A stretch of 63,641 nucleotides of DNA, filler included, from Octopus bimaculoides (Eukaryota): the NCBI RefSeq assembly GCF_001194135.2. It is 8 parts of 8 records of this genome, joined end to end, with 100 filler letters (N's around TTAATTAATTAA, not from the genome) between each part and the next. Parts side by side here need not be neighbours in the genome. Positions count along the whole stretch, not along the records: positions 1 to 15,226 come from NC_068991.1; 7 more parts are not named here. One strand, 5' to 3'. The position numbers and the translations under genes were made by a program. This document shows positions 1-13,080 of this stretch, piece after piece. The first letter of the stretch is position 1; each line of letters begins with the position of its first letter. Under the pieces are notes generated by a model. The model saw nothing but the letters and a program-made list of their open reading frames with translations, had not been told where the DNA came from and made no database searches.

Positions 1-249
1 TATATATATACAGAGAAGGAGAGGGATTACATATATATATAGAGAGAGAGAGAGAAAGAGAGAGAGTTAGAGAAAGAGAGAGAGTTAGAGAGAGAGAAAG
101 AGAGAGAGATAAAGAGAGAGAGATACACATGGGAGTAGATAGGTGCAAATCGAGGTGGACAAAATAGTACTCGGAGAACAATTGAAGAATATAATGATGT
201 CCTGTTGAAGTTGAAGACTTCACAAACCGTTATTCAGAGTTTTCTGTAA

Positions 250-342
250 CTGATGAGAAAGTAACAATAATAACAAAGATTCGTGATGATTGGTAACATG
301 AGATTCTGAGGAACAGCTTGTGAAGTTTTTCAGTGCATTTGT

Positions 343-383
<41 letters not shown>

Positions 384-680
384 GGATGCTGAGGGAACAA
401 TTTCAAGAGTACCTCAATGGAGGAATAATACCAGGTTGGATGACTAGAGGAAGGACAATAGTCATCTTGAAAGATAAGAATAAGGGTAATACAGCTAGCA
501 ACTATAGACCAAGGGTAATACAGCTAGCAACTATAGACCAAGGGTAATACAGCTAGTAATTATAGACCAAGGGTAATACAGCTAGCAACTATAGGCATCT
601 AAGGTTACTTGTTGTAGCCCGATATTAGGATTTTGTCTTTTCCAACCGTCTAATCTGTTGAGTGTATATGAAAATAAAAT
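250..680 (+). mobile_element. Internally deleted R4/Dong-like non-LTR retrotransposon: RT N-terminal fragment, 29-bp tandem array, then 3' UTR
   Basis: Translates HGMLREQFQEYLNGGIIPGWMTRGRTIVILKDKNKGNTASNYRP (RT domain 1 of RLE-type LINEs). The stretch at 595-680 matches the 3' tail of the Dong copy at 34369-34440 and is followed by (TAA)n. Confidence 0.8.
482..594 (+). repeat. Tandem 29-bp repeat AAGGGTAATACAGCTAGCAACTATAGACC, about 3.9 copies
   Basis: Units at 482-510, 511-539, 540-568 (2 substitutions) and 569-594 (partial). Confidence 0.95.
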
Positions 681-738
681 TAATAATTATGATAATAATA
701 ATAATCATAATAATAATAATAATAATACTTTCTACAGA

Positions 739-920
739 AGGCTCTTGGGTAAGTCGATTACATCGACCCCAGTGCGTAACTGGTACTTATTTAATGAATC
801 TCGAAAGGATGAAAGGACAAAGTCGACCTCGGCGGAATTTGAACTCGGAACGTAGTGGCAGATAAAATACCGTTAAGCATACCACCCGGCGTCCTAACGA
901 TTCTATCAGCTCACCACCTT
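739..920 (-). mobile_element. tRNA-derived SINE, family A
   Basis: Reverse complement carries the A-box-like head, the B-box GAGTTCAAATTCC and the GAGGTCGACTTTG..TTTCATCCTTTC..AAATAAGTACCAG core shared with about ten other copies. Confidence 0.85.
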
Positions 921-923
921 TAT

Positions 924-957
<34 letters not shown>

Positions 958-967
958 NNNNNNNNNN

Positions 968-1011
<44 letters not shown>

Positions 1012-1448
1012 TGCACACATATCTAACGTAAATATGAGACAGTAAATAAGAGAATGTAGATATAATCAACCACAGAAATATAGCAAAAAAAAAAAAGAAA
1101 AGGAAAATTACTTCTTAAATACTAAATAAAAACATACATAAATCTAATGAAGTTAAAACGAATGCGTAAATATAAATTAGAGACTTTTAGAGTTAAATAT
1201 TTGATCAATCAAATTAAAGAAGTGTATTTTGAGGATTGGAGAAAAAGTTATTTAAAGAAAAACAAGAATTTAATTACTAAATACAGATATGTGGGTTGTG
1301 TAAATATAATAAAATTGCACTTTTTAGACGATACATTTACATGCCCATACAAATGTTTGATTACACCCCCGCACACATGCCAGCATGTATATATATGAAT
1401 ATATATGTATGTAACTCTATGTATCCGATGTATCTAAGTGCCTACCCA

Positions 1449-1493
<45 letters not shown>

Positions 1494-1686
1494 TTATTTC
1501 CGTGTATATCTACTCTAGCTAACTCCACGCAGTCTCACACTGATATTAACCCTTTTCCGCTCTCCTTTCTAGGTAGATATAATCTTGCTACACTTGTCGT
1601 CGGGTTGAATTCCTTCCTAGTTCTTCTATCTAGCTTTGCTAATTCAGTTTTTGTCCAATCTATAATAGCTGCTGAGTATCTAAGTA

Positions 1687-1809
1687 CGGCAAAAGACACC
1701 GATAGAATAAGTACTAGGCTTACAAAGAATAAGTCCTGGGGTCGATTTACTCGACTAAAGGCAGTGCTCCAGCATGGCCGCAGTCAAATAACTGAAACAA
1801 GTAAAAGAG
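1687..1809 (+). mobile_element. SINE family B, 3' part
   Basis: GGCAAAAGACACCGATAGAATAAGTACTAGGCTTACAAAGAATAAGTCCTGGGGTCGATTT..CCAGCATGGCCGCAGTCAAATAACTGAAACAAGTAAAAGA matches the tail of the complete copy at 52307-52695. Confidence 0.85.
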
Positions 1810-2324
1810 TATACATAGATACACACACAAATATAATGTATATATGTATACATATACACACAAACATTATGTATGTATGTATATACCATTTCATATTGGG
1901 TGTCTAGTTTCTTTGTAAGGGAGAAACATCATACGGTAAAGCTGTTCTCACACTAATTAAATAACATATTGCATAATATTCTTTGCGTAATATTTGATTT
2001 AATTACGCTTCAGCTGCAATATTTATTCTCTTAAGAATTTTTGTAAGAAAGGTGTGTTCCTTAGGTACGATCTAATTAAGGACACATTATGCGCATTATT
2101 TTTTGATTAGAATTGAAAAAGAGAGAAAAAAAAATGATAATTAGGAGAGGTTGGCATAGATATTTCGTACAAATACATTATTGAAATTATCATCGTTCAT
2201 AGTTCATTTCTGATCAGGTAGAAAAGAAGTTTAATTTAACTTGGCATATACACACAATTATACACCCACGTATAAGATTCATACAAATGTATCTGAAGTT
2301 ATTGCGAGGTCATGGTCCCTATTT

Positions 2325-2508
2325 AAAAGCTTTGGTTTTCCGGAGTTTTGTTTTGACAAGGAAGTTTTTTTCCCTCCTTCTCAAAGGCTGTCATTACCTT
2401 CGAGACAGTACTTCTTGACGCACCAAACATTTAGGCTGTTTTCGTTACCCTAGCGCTTTCCATACGTGCACCAACAATTTGACCTTGAAAGTCCGATAGA
2501 TCGGTCAT
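2325..2508 (-). pseudogene. Tc1-family transposase N-terminal (HTH) remnant
   Basis: From ATG at 2508: MTDLSDFQ-GQIVGARMESARVTKTA*MFGASRSTVSKVMTAFEKEGK, resembling Tc1 N-terminal HTH regions. Contains a stop and frameshifts. Confidence 0.65.
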
Positions 2509-2629
2509 TTTAAGGAATTTTAATTACTTTTTTCTGGTGATATTTGAAAAGAAACAGCAAGTTTAGCAAAACATATTGAGCAACACTAATAATAAATCAA
2601 AAATCATTTCCCTTAGTGGTCAGATCATA

Positions 2630-2770
2630 TGGGGTCTACATCTAGCATATTAGGAGTCCACCTAGTGGTCATTCCTCTTATGTGTATGCAATATAATTCT
2701 TCTGAATCTTCAGATCTTTTTTAAATATGCTAGGCCACTGGTTTAAATTGATATTAATTTAATTAATATT
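2630..2770. mobile_element. One arm of the MITE family also present at 14905-15182
   Basis: CTAGCATATTAGGAGTCCACC..GGTCATTCCTCTTAT and TAATATGCTAG-CCACTGGTTT..TTGATATTAAT match the arms of the 14.9-15.2 kb foldback. Confidence 0.6.
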
Positions 2771-2787
2771 AATTTTTACCCTTATTG

Positions 2788-2835
<48 letters not shown>

Positions 2836-3859
2836 NNNNNNNNNNNNNNNNNNNNNNNNNNNNNNNNNNNNNNNNNNNNNNNNNNNNNNNNNNNNNNNNN
2901 NNNNNNNNNNNNNNNNNNNNNNNNNNNNNNNNNNNNNNNNNNNNNNNNNNNNNNNNNNNNNNNNNNNNNNNNNNNNNNNNNNNNNNNNNNNNNNNNNNNN
3001 NNNNNNNNNNNNNNNNNNNNNNNNNNNNNNNNNNNNNNNNNNNNNNNNNNNNNNNNNNNNNNNNNNNNNNNNNNNNNNNNNNNNNNNNNNNNNNNNNNNN
3101 NNNNNNNNNNNNNNNNNNNNNNNNNNNNNNNNNNNNNNNNNNNNNNNNNNNNNNNNNNNNNNNNNNNNNNNNNNNNNNNNNNNNNNNNNNNNNNNNNNNN
3201 NNNNATATATATACAAGTTAGTGACACTTGGATTTAATGACAGGTCGGATTTTAACAATCTATCATTAATTGAGCTCTTATATACTGTGGATCTATTCTT
3301 TGATGTTTATAAAATAATTCCCTTTCTCTCCTCTCTCTCTGTCTACACATACACACACAGACACACACAGACACACACACACACACACACACACACATAT
3401 GCATCTATGTATGCATATTCATGTATATGTATATAAACAAACTAGAAAAAATGCTCTCTCAAATAATAACGAAATAGAGAGTAGACGGCTTTCAACCAAT
3501 ATGTCTGAAAAAACAACGTGGTTTCGAGGTTAACAAACTAGCCTGCACAGGTAGGCGAATTACCGAAGCACATTTTATTCGGACATTGTCAGAACTCTAG
3601 TTTTGCCAAGATATCATTGAGAGAACAAACATACATACGAGTCATCTGATGATTGGTTTTCCAACCCGAGAGCGTTTGCGATTGAACATTCTCAATATAT
3701 TTAGCAATAAGGCTTGAAGTATGCAGCTGTTCAGCCGCTTGTTAATTAATTTAACTTAAATTAATTGAATTTACTGATATGTGATTCAGTCATGCTATTA
3801 AAGCTATGTATCTATAAAAATTATACTACTATCATTTAATTTACTTTCCTATTTAATGA

Positions 3860-4034
3860 TCTTATTAACTTATCTATCAATCTCACTCTCTCTGTCTCTC
3901 TGTCTCCCTGTCTCTGTCTCTCTGTCTCCCTGTCTCTGTCTCTCTGTCTCCCTGTCTCTGTCTCTCTGTCTCCCTGTCTCTGTCTCTCTGTCTCTGTCTG
4001 TCTCTGTCTATGTCTCTCTGTCTCTGTCTGTCGG

Positions 4035-4093
<59 letters not shown>

Positions 4094-4185
4094 GTTTATA
4101 TATGTACGTATGTATGTATGTATATATTTATGTATGTATGTATGTATGTATGTATGTATGTATGTATTTACGTATGCATGCATGC

Positions 4186-4253
<68 letters not shown>

Positions 4254-4260
4254 GTTTATC
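3860..4260. repeat. Compound array: about 22-bp (CT/GT) minisatellite, (TATC)n, (TATG)n
   Basis: Direct reading. It explains ORFs 3856-4341, 4010-4324 and 4110-4373. Confidence 0.95.
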
Positions 4261-5177
4261 TACATCTTACTCCGTCAATCTGTCAGTTTCTCTGTCTCTC
4301 TGTCGTTCCCTTTCGGTCACTTAATCTGCATAAACAGTTAAGTAGTAATGGTTTCTATTATTCGTTATATTAGTCTGAAAACTTAAAAAGCGCTATTAGT
4401 GAGGGATTATTAATCCGAGGAAAATACTTCGTAAGCTCTCTGTTGACACACCAGGCTAACAATATTGTTTAGATTAGTAAAGAACTCCAAGTATTCTAAT
4501 GGCAGGGTCATCGCCATTTGATATCATAAATCCGTGGTTGCACTCCAATCAAACTGGTTTTTACACAGAGCGGTATATTAGACAATGTATAAATTCTGGT
4601 CATTACCTATTTGTCCTTAAATTTGGCTCACAGTTGTTTCCAGCAGGCATTATAGGTACATTGCTGATAGATTTACTCATTTGGTCTATTGATCAGTTAA
4701 GAAAAATTCGAGTGATCTAAAAAATTAATGCCACTTTCGTCAGACCCATTTTTAGTAGAACACTGAAGGAATGGTACATGCATCGGGGAGGGAGGAAAAG
4801 AGAAGGTAAGAGGTAAGTGGAGTAGAGATAGAGAGGAAAGGGGAAGGCAAGTTACAATTTGAACGGGGAGTATAAAGGCGAAGAGAAAGAAGGAAAGAAG
4901 AAAAGAAGGAATAAAAAGAACAGAGGAAAGGGTGACTCGACAGAAGAAGTGGGATAAGATGGCCGAAATTTGGGAAAAGGACAGTCGTAAAACATTTGTA
5001 TATACATAATACATACATACATACATACATATGTATACACGCACATTCACACACACTTATATACCCACAGATGCATGCATACTCAATTAGTCCTGCATAT
5101 GTCTTAATACATACATATATACATACAAACATGCGTCCATACATACATATATGCATACATACATACATACATACATA

Positions 5178-5341
5178 CAGTGTGAGATTTTGGACAAATG
5201 AGGCCCCTTATTTGGACAGTCACGTATACATGCTCTGGAAATTCATCGCAAAAAGTTTGGAGGGCAGGTAGATTGGCCCCAACCTAGTCAACGGGGCCCT
5301 GTGCTTAAGCACACCTAATCACAATGGTAAATTTGGCACTG
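5178..5341. mobile_element. hAT-type MITE inserted in (CATA)n
   Basis: Imperfect TIRs CAGTGTGAGATTT ... AAATTTGGCACTG, subterminal GGGGCCCC-type motifs, and CATACATA on both flanks (compatible with an 8-bp TSD but inside a microsatellite). Confidence 0.5.
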
Positions 5342-5393
5342 CATACATACATACGGGTTCTTTCCTTTCCTCATTTTTTCTTCCCTCTCTTGT

Positions 5394-5433
5394 TCTTTCT
5401 GTGGAAAAGGGCGTATGCCCGAAACGTAAAAGA
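5394..5433 (+). ncRNA. Minimal type-I hammerhead ribozyme-like motif (Penelope-type), core variant
   Basis: TCTTT-CTGTGGA-AA-GGGC(GTAT)GCCC-GAAA-CGTA-AAAGA. Stem I is TCTTT/AAAGA, stem II is GGGC/GCCC, stem III is the palindrome ACGT. The core has A6>U and extra As. Confidence 0.55.
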
Positions 5434-5597
5434 CTTTCCTGTTATTTAGAATTGTTGCACCGCGTATAATGCATATATATCCATATATGTATACATACAT
5501 GCATACATATATACATACATATGTATGCATGCATATACATGCATACATAGTTACATACATACAGAAAAATAAATTCATACATACGCATTCAGATATG

Positions 5598-5638
<41 letters not shown>

Positions 5639-6205
5639 ACACACACACACACACGCACATATGAATACGTATGCATGAATTTATTTTTCTGTATGTAACT
5701 ATGTATGTATATGAATGCATACATATGTATGTATGTATTATGTATGTATGTTTATGTATGTATGTATGTATGTATGTATATGCATACACATGAGCACACG
5801 CATATAGACACATTCACGCGCACTCGCATATCAAACAAGTTAAATATGAAACGTCAGTTCAGAAAAAAAGGTAAAGTATATATATATAAAAAAAAAAAAC
5901 TATGTTCGAGAAACCAAGAAATAAAATATTGTATTATTAATCAAGAACATTCGTCAAAATTCGAGTGAGTTGTTATGAATTACATGGAAGTAACGATTGG
6001 CGTATCAAGAAAATTTATGCAAAGATTAACATACAACCCAGCATACCAATTTTTCATGAATATTCATTTCCCAACCAATACGGTCTTCGCCGAATAATTT
6101 TTTATATCTCAGTGAAAGATCCTGTTTTCTTTCTGTTAATGCTATTTTAAATATATACACACACATAACACACACAATTCTCTATTTCGTATATATGTAT
6201 GTATA

Positions 6206-6272
<67 letters not shown>

Positions 6273-6545
6273 GCATGTATGTACATATATATGTATAAAT
6301 GTATATACATGGATCAATCTATATATATGTATGTATATCTATCTATCCATCTATCTATCTATCTATCTATCTTTTATATCTCTGTCTCTGCCTCTGTGTG
6401 TGTGTGTGTGTGTGTGCGTGCACGCGCGCATGTATGCACGTGCGCATGCATGCACGTGTGCGTGTGTCGTTTGGTGATTGATCGTCTGCATATCTGCGTG
6501 GTGTAGTTTGTATTTGTGTGCAAAGAAATACTCATGTATGATGTA

Positions 6546-6606
<61 letters not shown>

Positions 6607-7272
6607 GTGTGTGTATGTTTATGTGTGTGAGTGTGTGTATGTATGTAGTTACATATGCATATATTTATATATCCATCCACATACATAAGATTAAATATGT
6701 GCGTATAGATGTGTGTCGGTGACGTGGAGTTTGAAAGATGTCCTCAACACCGTTAAGCAAAATTCGACCAAAGTGTAAAGCTAAGACTCAGCTTTATATT
6801 TGTTGGTCGTTAAAAACCAACAGGCTAAACGACGGAATAGTTAATTACAGCTGAAGTTCAATATATAGATCACACTGCTCTTGTTTGCATAATGACAGAT
6901 GAAAGAGTTCAGGTGACAGACTGTAAGCTGTTGATTTACTCTTTATGCTTAGTAGTTTGGTCCAATGGAACGGTTTGTGATTCTTGCGCTCATAGAGCCG
7001 AGCATCCGAGACTGGTTAGATGTATGCGGGTTTTTGGGGGAAAACACTGACTGGTGCGGAATCTAGGGGTGCAGGTGTAGTAAGATCAGAAGTGACGGGA
7101 GTACTGGATGTGCTTAGGTGCCTTTGTATGCGAAATCAGCCAGATCCTAGAATCAAAGGCTTGCTAGAAATAGCAACTGATTTTCCCTCAAATCACATTC
7201 TACCGTTTATTAAAAAGAAACGATTTGCTGTACAATGCATTCTCTGATAAAGCAAAAGTGCATTATTATTGT

Positions 7273-7460
7273 TAAGGCTGCGAGCTGGCAGAGTAATTTT
7301 TCCGGCTCTATAAGTTATGAGTTCAAATTCCACCGAGGCCGACTCTACCGATCATTCTTTCAGGGTCTTTAAATAAGTACCAGTTGAGCACTGGGGTCGA
7401 TGTAATCAGCTATCCTATCCTCCTCTCCACAAATGACAGGTCTTGTGCCGATAGTAAATA
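7273..7460 (+). mobile_element. SINE family A (diverged)
   Basis: GGCTGCGAGCTGGCAGA..GAGTTCAAATTCCACCGAGGCCGAC..AAATAAGTACCAGTTGAGCACTGGGGTCGATGTAATC. Confidence 0.8.
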
Positions 7461-7811
7461 ACAGTACATATGTGGTTGATAGGAAAGTACCGAATTTTGA
7501 ATCTTAGGAGAATCGTGATAGCCTGTTATAGCAACAATAAGTTCGATACTTCATTGGAAATAAGTGCGATAAATTTTATTGCTGTGAAAGAAGAACGGTT
7601 ATTTGCATATCATGCATATCATGCATGCAGATACACTAGAAACTTCACGCACACATACAGTTACACACATACGCACGCAGATACGTGTATAAATGTGCAC
7701 ATACATGTACACATTCACATATACGTACATATATGAATACATACATGTATACAAACACATATACATACATCTACGCAAACACACACACATGCATAATACA
7801 TGCATACATAC

Positions 7812-7865
<54 letters not shown>

Positions 7866-7868
<3 letters not shown>

Positions 7869-8354
7869 TGGCACCTTGGGCAATTGTCTTCTACTATAGC
7901 CTCGGGCCGACCAAAGGCTTGTGAGTGGATTTGGTAGACGGAAACTGAAAGAAGCCCGTTGTATATATATNNNNNNNNNNNNNNNNNNNNNNNNNNNNNN
8001 NNNNNNNNNNNNNNNNNNNNNNNNNNNNNNNNNNNNNNNNNNNNNNNNNNNNNNNNNNNNNNNNNNNNNNNNNNNNNNNNNNNNNNNNNNNNNNNNNNNN
8101 NNNNNNNNNNNNNNNNNNNNNNNNNNNNNNNNNNNNNNNNNNNNNNNNNNNNNNNNNNNNNNNNNNNNNNNNNNNNNNNNNNNNNNTATATGTATGTATG
8201 TATGTTTGTCCCCCAGCATCGCTTGACAGCCGATGCTGGTTGTAAGATAGAATAAGTACTGGGCTTACAAAGAATAAGCTCTGGGGTCGATTTGCTCGAC
8301 TATAAAGGCAGTGTTCCAGCATGGCCGCAGTCAAATAACTGAAACAGGTAAAAG

Positions 8355-8355
<1 letters not shown>
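7866..8355 (+). mobile_element. SINE family B spanning an N-gap
   Basis: Core GTGGCACCTTGGGCAATTGTCTTCTACTATAGCC..GAAAGAAGCCCG at 7866-7960 and tail at 8200-8355. Confidence 0.85.
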
Positions 8356-8392
<37 letters not shown>

Positions 8393-9044
8393 CGCATAAA
8401 CACATAACATAGACCCACACGTACATGTATACAAATACACACACACACAAACACACACATGTATGCATGCATAACATAGACCCATACGCACATATATACA
8501 AAAACACACACACATATGCATATATAACAACGACCCACACGCAGATATGTATACAAATACACACACACATACACACACATTTATGCATACATAACATAAA
8601 CACATACGCACATATACACAAATACATACAGACACACACATGTGTGCATACATAACAGACCCACACGCACATATATATAAATACACACACACACACACAA
8701 ATACACACACACACACACACACAAACACGCACCTGTACACAATGGGTGAGAAGACCTCCTGCAGTTTGAAACAAATGTGAACACATTAGCATTTCAAGTG
8801 TTGCTTGGTGCTGGTTAATTAGTATTACGTTAATTACTTTATATTCCGCTAGTCTTCTGCTACCCATTAAGTTGCAAGTGAGAACATGGCTTTATCTTGT
8901 CGACGACGTAATGTATCAGAAGTAATTGTGTTTTCTCTGCAACTCCACGGCCGCCATAACATCCACTATCGTCATCATCGCCATCATCGTTGCTTTCACT
9001 TTCACTTCCACTTTCACTTTCACTTTCTCTTTGTCTCTCGCCCA

Positions 9045-9089
<45 letters not shown>

Positions 9090-9326
9090 TCTGTATCTCT
9101 GTTTCTCCTTGTGTGTTTATTTATTTATTAAGTTCAAGGATCCCAGCAGGGTGTGCAATCTTCTTCAAATAAGTCTTTGTGCATTCTGGCTTGAAGGAAT
9201 GGAATTTCAGAGACTGCGAATTAGGATTGCTTGATCATGTGTAATAATAAGGTATTTGAAGCCTCAATGAGGTGATGGTGGAAGCAGAGAGTAAGAAAGA
9301 GATAGATAGATAGAATGAGAGTGAGT

Positions 9327-9329
<3 letters not shown>

Positions 9330-9425
<96 letters not shown>

Positions 9426-9639
9426 TGTGCAATGATGATACTGCTGCAGCTGCTGTTGTTCGTGATGATGATGATGATGATGATATAACGATGATGATGA
9501 CGATGATGATTATGATGTTGGTATTGATAATAAAATAATGTCTTCCATGATGACGATGATGACGATGACGACGACGATGATGATGATGATGATGAAGGTG
9601 TTAATGCTGGTTTTGATAATGATGGTGATGATGATGATA

Positions 9640-9670
<31 letters not shown>

Positions 9671-9776
9671 GAATTAGAAAGAATTCAGTAGCGGTGATGG
9701 TTATGGTGATGAAAATGTTTTCATATTCACAAGGTCAATTTTGTAAGAACTGATATGATCATGGTGACAGCAGCTC

Positions 9777-9807
<31 letters not shown>

Positions 9808-9900
9808 AACGATGATGGTGATGACGAGGATGATGCTGAAGACGATGACAATGATGTTGATGCTGATGCTGATAATATTCAACTTGTTCTTTATCATCAG
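9330..9900. repeat. (GA)n followed by a degenerate (GAT/GAC)n array
   Basis: Direct reading. It explains the poly-RE, poly-M and poly-T ORFs. Confidence 0.95.
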
Positions 9901-9960
9901 TATCACGCAGATGCAGGACTTGACACTTCTTACTTCAACGTGAATTTGATTACATTGCAA

Positions 9961-10026
<66 letters not shown>

Positions 10027-10525
10027 ATTTGTCCGTGTATATATATATATATATATACGTCTACACATTCCCTCATAATGTGTGTGTATGTATGTCTGTA
10101 TGTGCGTGTGTGTGTGTATGTGTGCGTGTGTGTGTGCGTATGTATGTCTGTATGTACGTGTGTGTGTATGTGTGTGTATCTTTACTGGAGCTGTCATTCC
10201 ATACTGTGCAATTTAAAGTTGCACGTCACTGATTTTCACACAAAATACGAAAAGAGGAAAATACGACAAAAAGTCTGTTCATTCATTGTCTAAATATTCC
10301 AAATATGAATTTTTAAATTATGAAATGGAAAATATCGTCTAAAGGAAATATTATACTCTTCCTTTCATTATTCAGAGCTCTGTTTTACCTCTTGTTTACA
10401 CACAGACGTTTGTTTGATATTATGACATTACCTAAGATATATCATATACATATATATACATCTCATGTAATTTCCCGTTGACAGAACCCCGACTTCATAG
10501 AGGGTATCTCAAAATATTTTTCAGT

Positions 10526-10674
10526 CTTCTTCTTCTTCTTCTTCTTCTTCTTCTTCTTCTTCTTCTTCTTCTTCTTCTTCTTCTTCTTCTTCTTCTTCTT
10601 CTTCTTCTTCTTCTTCATCATCATCTTCTTCTTGTTCTTCTTGTTCTCCTTCTTACTATTTTTCTTCTTCATCA

Positions 10675-10711
<37 letters not shown>

Positions 10712-10800
10712 CTTCTTCTTCTTCTTCTTCTTCTTCTTCTTCTTCTTCTTCTTCTTCTTCTTCTTCTTCTTCTTCTTCTTCTTCTTCTTCTTCTTCTTCT
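10526..10800. repeat. (CTT)n/(GTT)n trinucleotide array
   Basis: Direct reading. It explains the poly-L/K/F ORFs. Confidence 0.95.
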
Positions 10801-10805
10801 CAACG

Positions 10806-11002
10806 TATAAAGAGACATTTAATCGAAAAGAAAAATGTGAATGTGTATAGATATAAAAAATATATAGTTCAGCTTACAGACAAAATGATATCACAAATAA
10901 AATAGGTAAAGTTTACCTATCTCATTTGTGATATCATTTTTCTGTAAGTTGAACTATATACACACATTTACATTTTCCTTTCCGAGTCAATGTCTCTTTA
11001 TA
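10806..11002. mobile_element. Near-loopless palindromic (foldback) element, about 100-bp arms
   Basis: Centre ATAGGTAAA-G-TTTACCTAT at 10911. TATAGTTCAGCTTACAGA..AAATGATATCACAAAT pairs with ATTTGTGATATCATTT..TCTGTAAGTTGAACTATA. Outer ends are TATAAGAGACAT and ATGTCTCTTTATA. Confidence 0.8.
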
Positions 11003-11480
11003 TGTAAATAGACGTACCTATTTTGCTTGTCGTTGCTTTACTTACCTAACGGCTCAAGTTCTAATCTCTTGAGCACTTCGAAGTATTTCTATATATACAG
11101 AGCATCTATCTGTAAAATATAAACTAGATGTGTATTTGTATATACATACATATATATCAAAGTAGCAATACTGGTGTAACAGTAAATATGTACGTTATGA
11201 TTATATTTTATGATGGTTCAGAGGTGATGGCGTTGGAGAGTCATGAGTTCAGACAGGTTCAAAAGAAACAGATTTTCGGAGTAAATCATGGCTGTCTGAG
11301 CGAACACAACAATTTACGGTGTGAAGTTCGCTTGTGTAGATAAGTTCGTATCGTGTGGAGAGAATGAAATGAAACGTTGATATCTCGTGGCTGTCTCTGC
11401 GTGTCTGAGCAGCAAACGTTTTTCCTTTTCCCACCTTGCTTGCTTTGATATAGAAATGGTTTTTAATTTCGGCCCATGGT

Positions 11481-11665
11481 CAGGAATTTCGTGGGAGGTA
11501 GGCTAGTCGATTCCATCGACTCCAGTACTTTGTCTTATCGGCCTCGAAAGGAGGAATGACAAATCTGACCTGAGTAGGATTTGAACTGTGTAAAGAACTG
11601 GAGGAAATACCGCAAAATATATTTTTTTTATCACAGCTTAAGCGATACTCCCAGCTCTGAAAAAA
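11481..11665 (-). mobile_element. SINE family A (diverged)
   Basis: CTAGTCGATTCCATCGACTCCAGTAC..CTTATCGGCCTCGAAAGGA..ATTTGAACT is the reverse complement of the family A core. Confidence 0.65.
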
Positions 11666-11761
11666 GACTATGTTATGAACATTATGAGGCCTCCGTATGT
11701 AATTAATGATCATGGGTGTGGTTCCTAGCTGTCCGTCTCAATGGACCGGCGTTGACTGTAG

Positions 11762-11783
11762 CTGAAGAGTCCAATGAATGAAA
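11762..11783 (+). ncRNA. Degenerate hammerhead-like core
   Basis: CTGAAGA-GTCC(AAT)GAAT-GAAA. Stem II is imperfect and stems I and III are not clearly recoverable. Confidence 0.3.
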
Positions 11784-12699
11784 AGCAGACTCTGCGAAAC
11801 AAGCTGCACATGTGAGTTGTTTTTGTGCTGTTCTGTCTTTCCAGCATAGGTGTTTCAATATGATCCAGCATGGGCTGTGATGTTATGAATACCAATCCAT
11901 TTTACTTTTCTCTATTAACGTATATATTGTCTAAAACACTTCAAGTGTTTTCTATTTAACTTATCACTATCTGCCAGTCTACCTGTCTGCCTCACACCAC
12001 ACTGCACCTTTTAACGCTCTCCATGAATCTTCCATTTTTTCCCCACAACAAATATATATTCCACCATCTTAAGGACTTACCGCATAAACCATTCGCATAG
12101 TAACTACTTTCTCTCTCTCTTACTTTCCCCTCCTATGTTTGTGTGTGTGTGTGTATGTGTGTATATGTATATTCATACATTAATGCGCACACAGACACAT
12201 ATATAGAGATGTATATACACACACATACACACACACATACATTCTCAGTACTGTTCGACGTTGGTCCATATTTTCGATGTTGTCAGACTTATTCAAACTC
12301 ACGAAGTTCATTAGTTCAAACATTAGTGCAGCCATTATCCATCGTGTGTTGTGTTTCTGAGGAAAGCATTTAAATCAGCTTTCTTATTTTAATTAAGTTG
12401 GCGATAACATATGCAATGCAGTGAGCACCAAACATTTAATTAGAAATAATTATGCGGTGACGAAAAGAGAACATTAACTTAATGACTAATATTATTTTGG
12501 AAGTAAAATAAAATAGAAAAACAACACAAACAAGAAAAACACCACCTACACCACAAATGAAGTGCTTAGCAATTGGAAGGATGTCAGTCCAGCTGTAAAA
12601 AGAAAATAGAAACCTACTAAGCATACTAATCGTTGCTCCTGCAAATGACGATCTCACCCATTCAAGCATAAAAGAGTGAAAATAAAATCACAGCGAAAT

Positions 12700-13080
12700 A
12701 TATAACAGTCATGGGTGTCGGTGTACAAGTGAGGATGGCGTTTTAATGTGGCGTCCACGATGGAGTTACATCCCTTGAAACAATTCATTTCTTTTGAAAA
12801 GACAGTTAATAGGTTTTCATGGCGAAGAAGTGGAAGGTCGGCGTCCATGTTATTTTAGATTAACTTCATGACTTGCGTGAGACAAAGGAGGAATACGTTT
12901 CAACGCATGGCTTATCCTCAAACTGAACACCTGACCTGAATATCTGCAACAGTGTGGACTCTACTAAAGAAATCTAGTGGCCATGTGGAAGCATTAAACT
13001 GGGCGGCAGATTAAGTCCGTCTCTCAAGGGATTATAGTCTCTGGGTTTGGTATGTTTTAAAGAATATTTCAATGTGTTTC
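12700..13080 (+). pseudogene. Highly decayed Tc1/mariner-superfamily transposase (catalytic region)
   Basis: Frameshifted residual motifs: V.MW...DGVTSL, KTVN, a YVFQ.D-like segment, and GATTATAGTCTCTGG = DYSLW (from the SPDLNPLDYSLW-type motif). Confidence 0.4.

Noticed and set aside
482-594. 29-bp repeats as a CRISPR array
   Set aside because: No spacers, eukaryotic context, and derived from the LINE coding sequence.
4499-4720. 73-aa ORF MAGSSPFDIINPW..
   Set aside because: No recognisable motif or splice context.
6740-7200. Possible additional PLE remnant on the minus strand (SSVIYI..SC)
   Set aside because: Too few motif residues to support a call.
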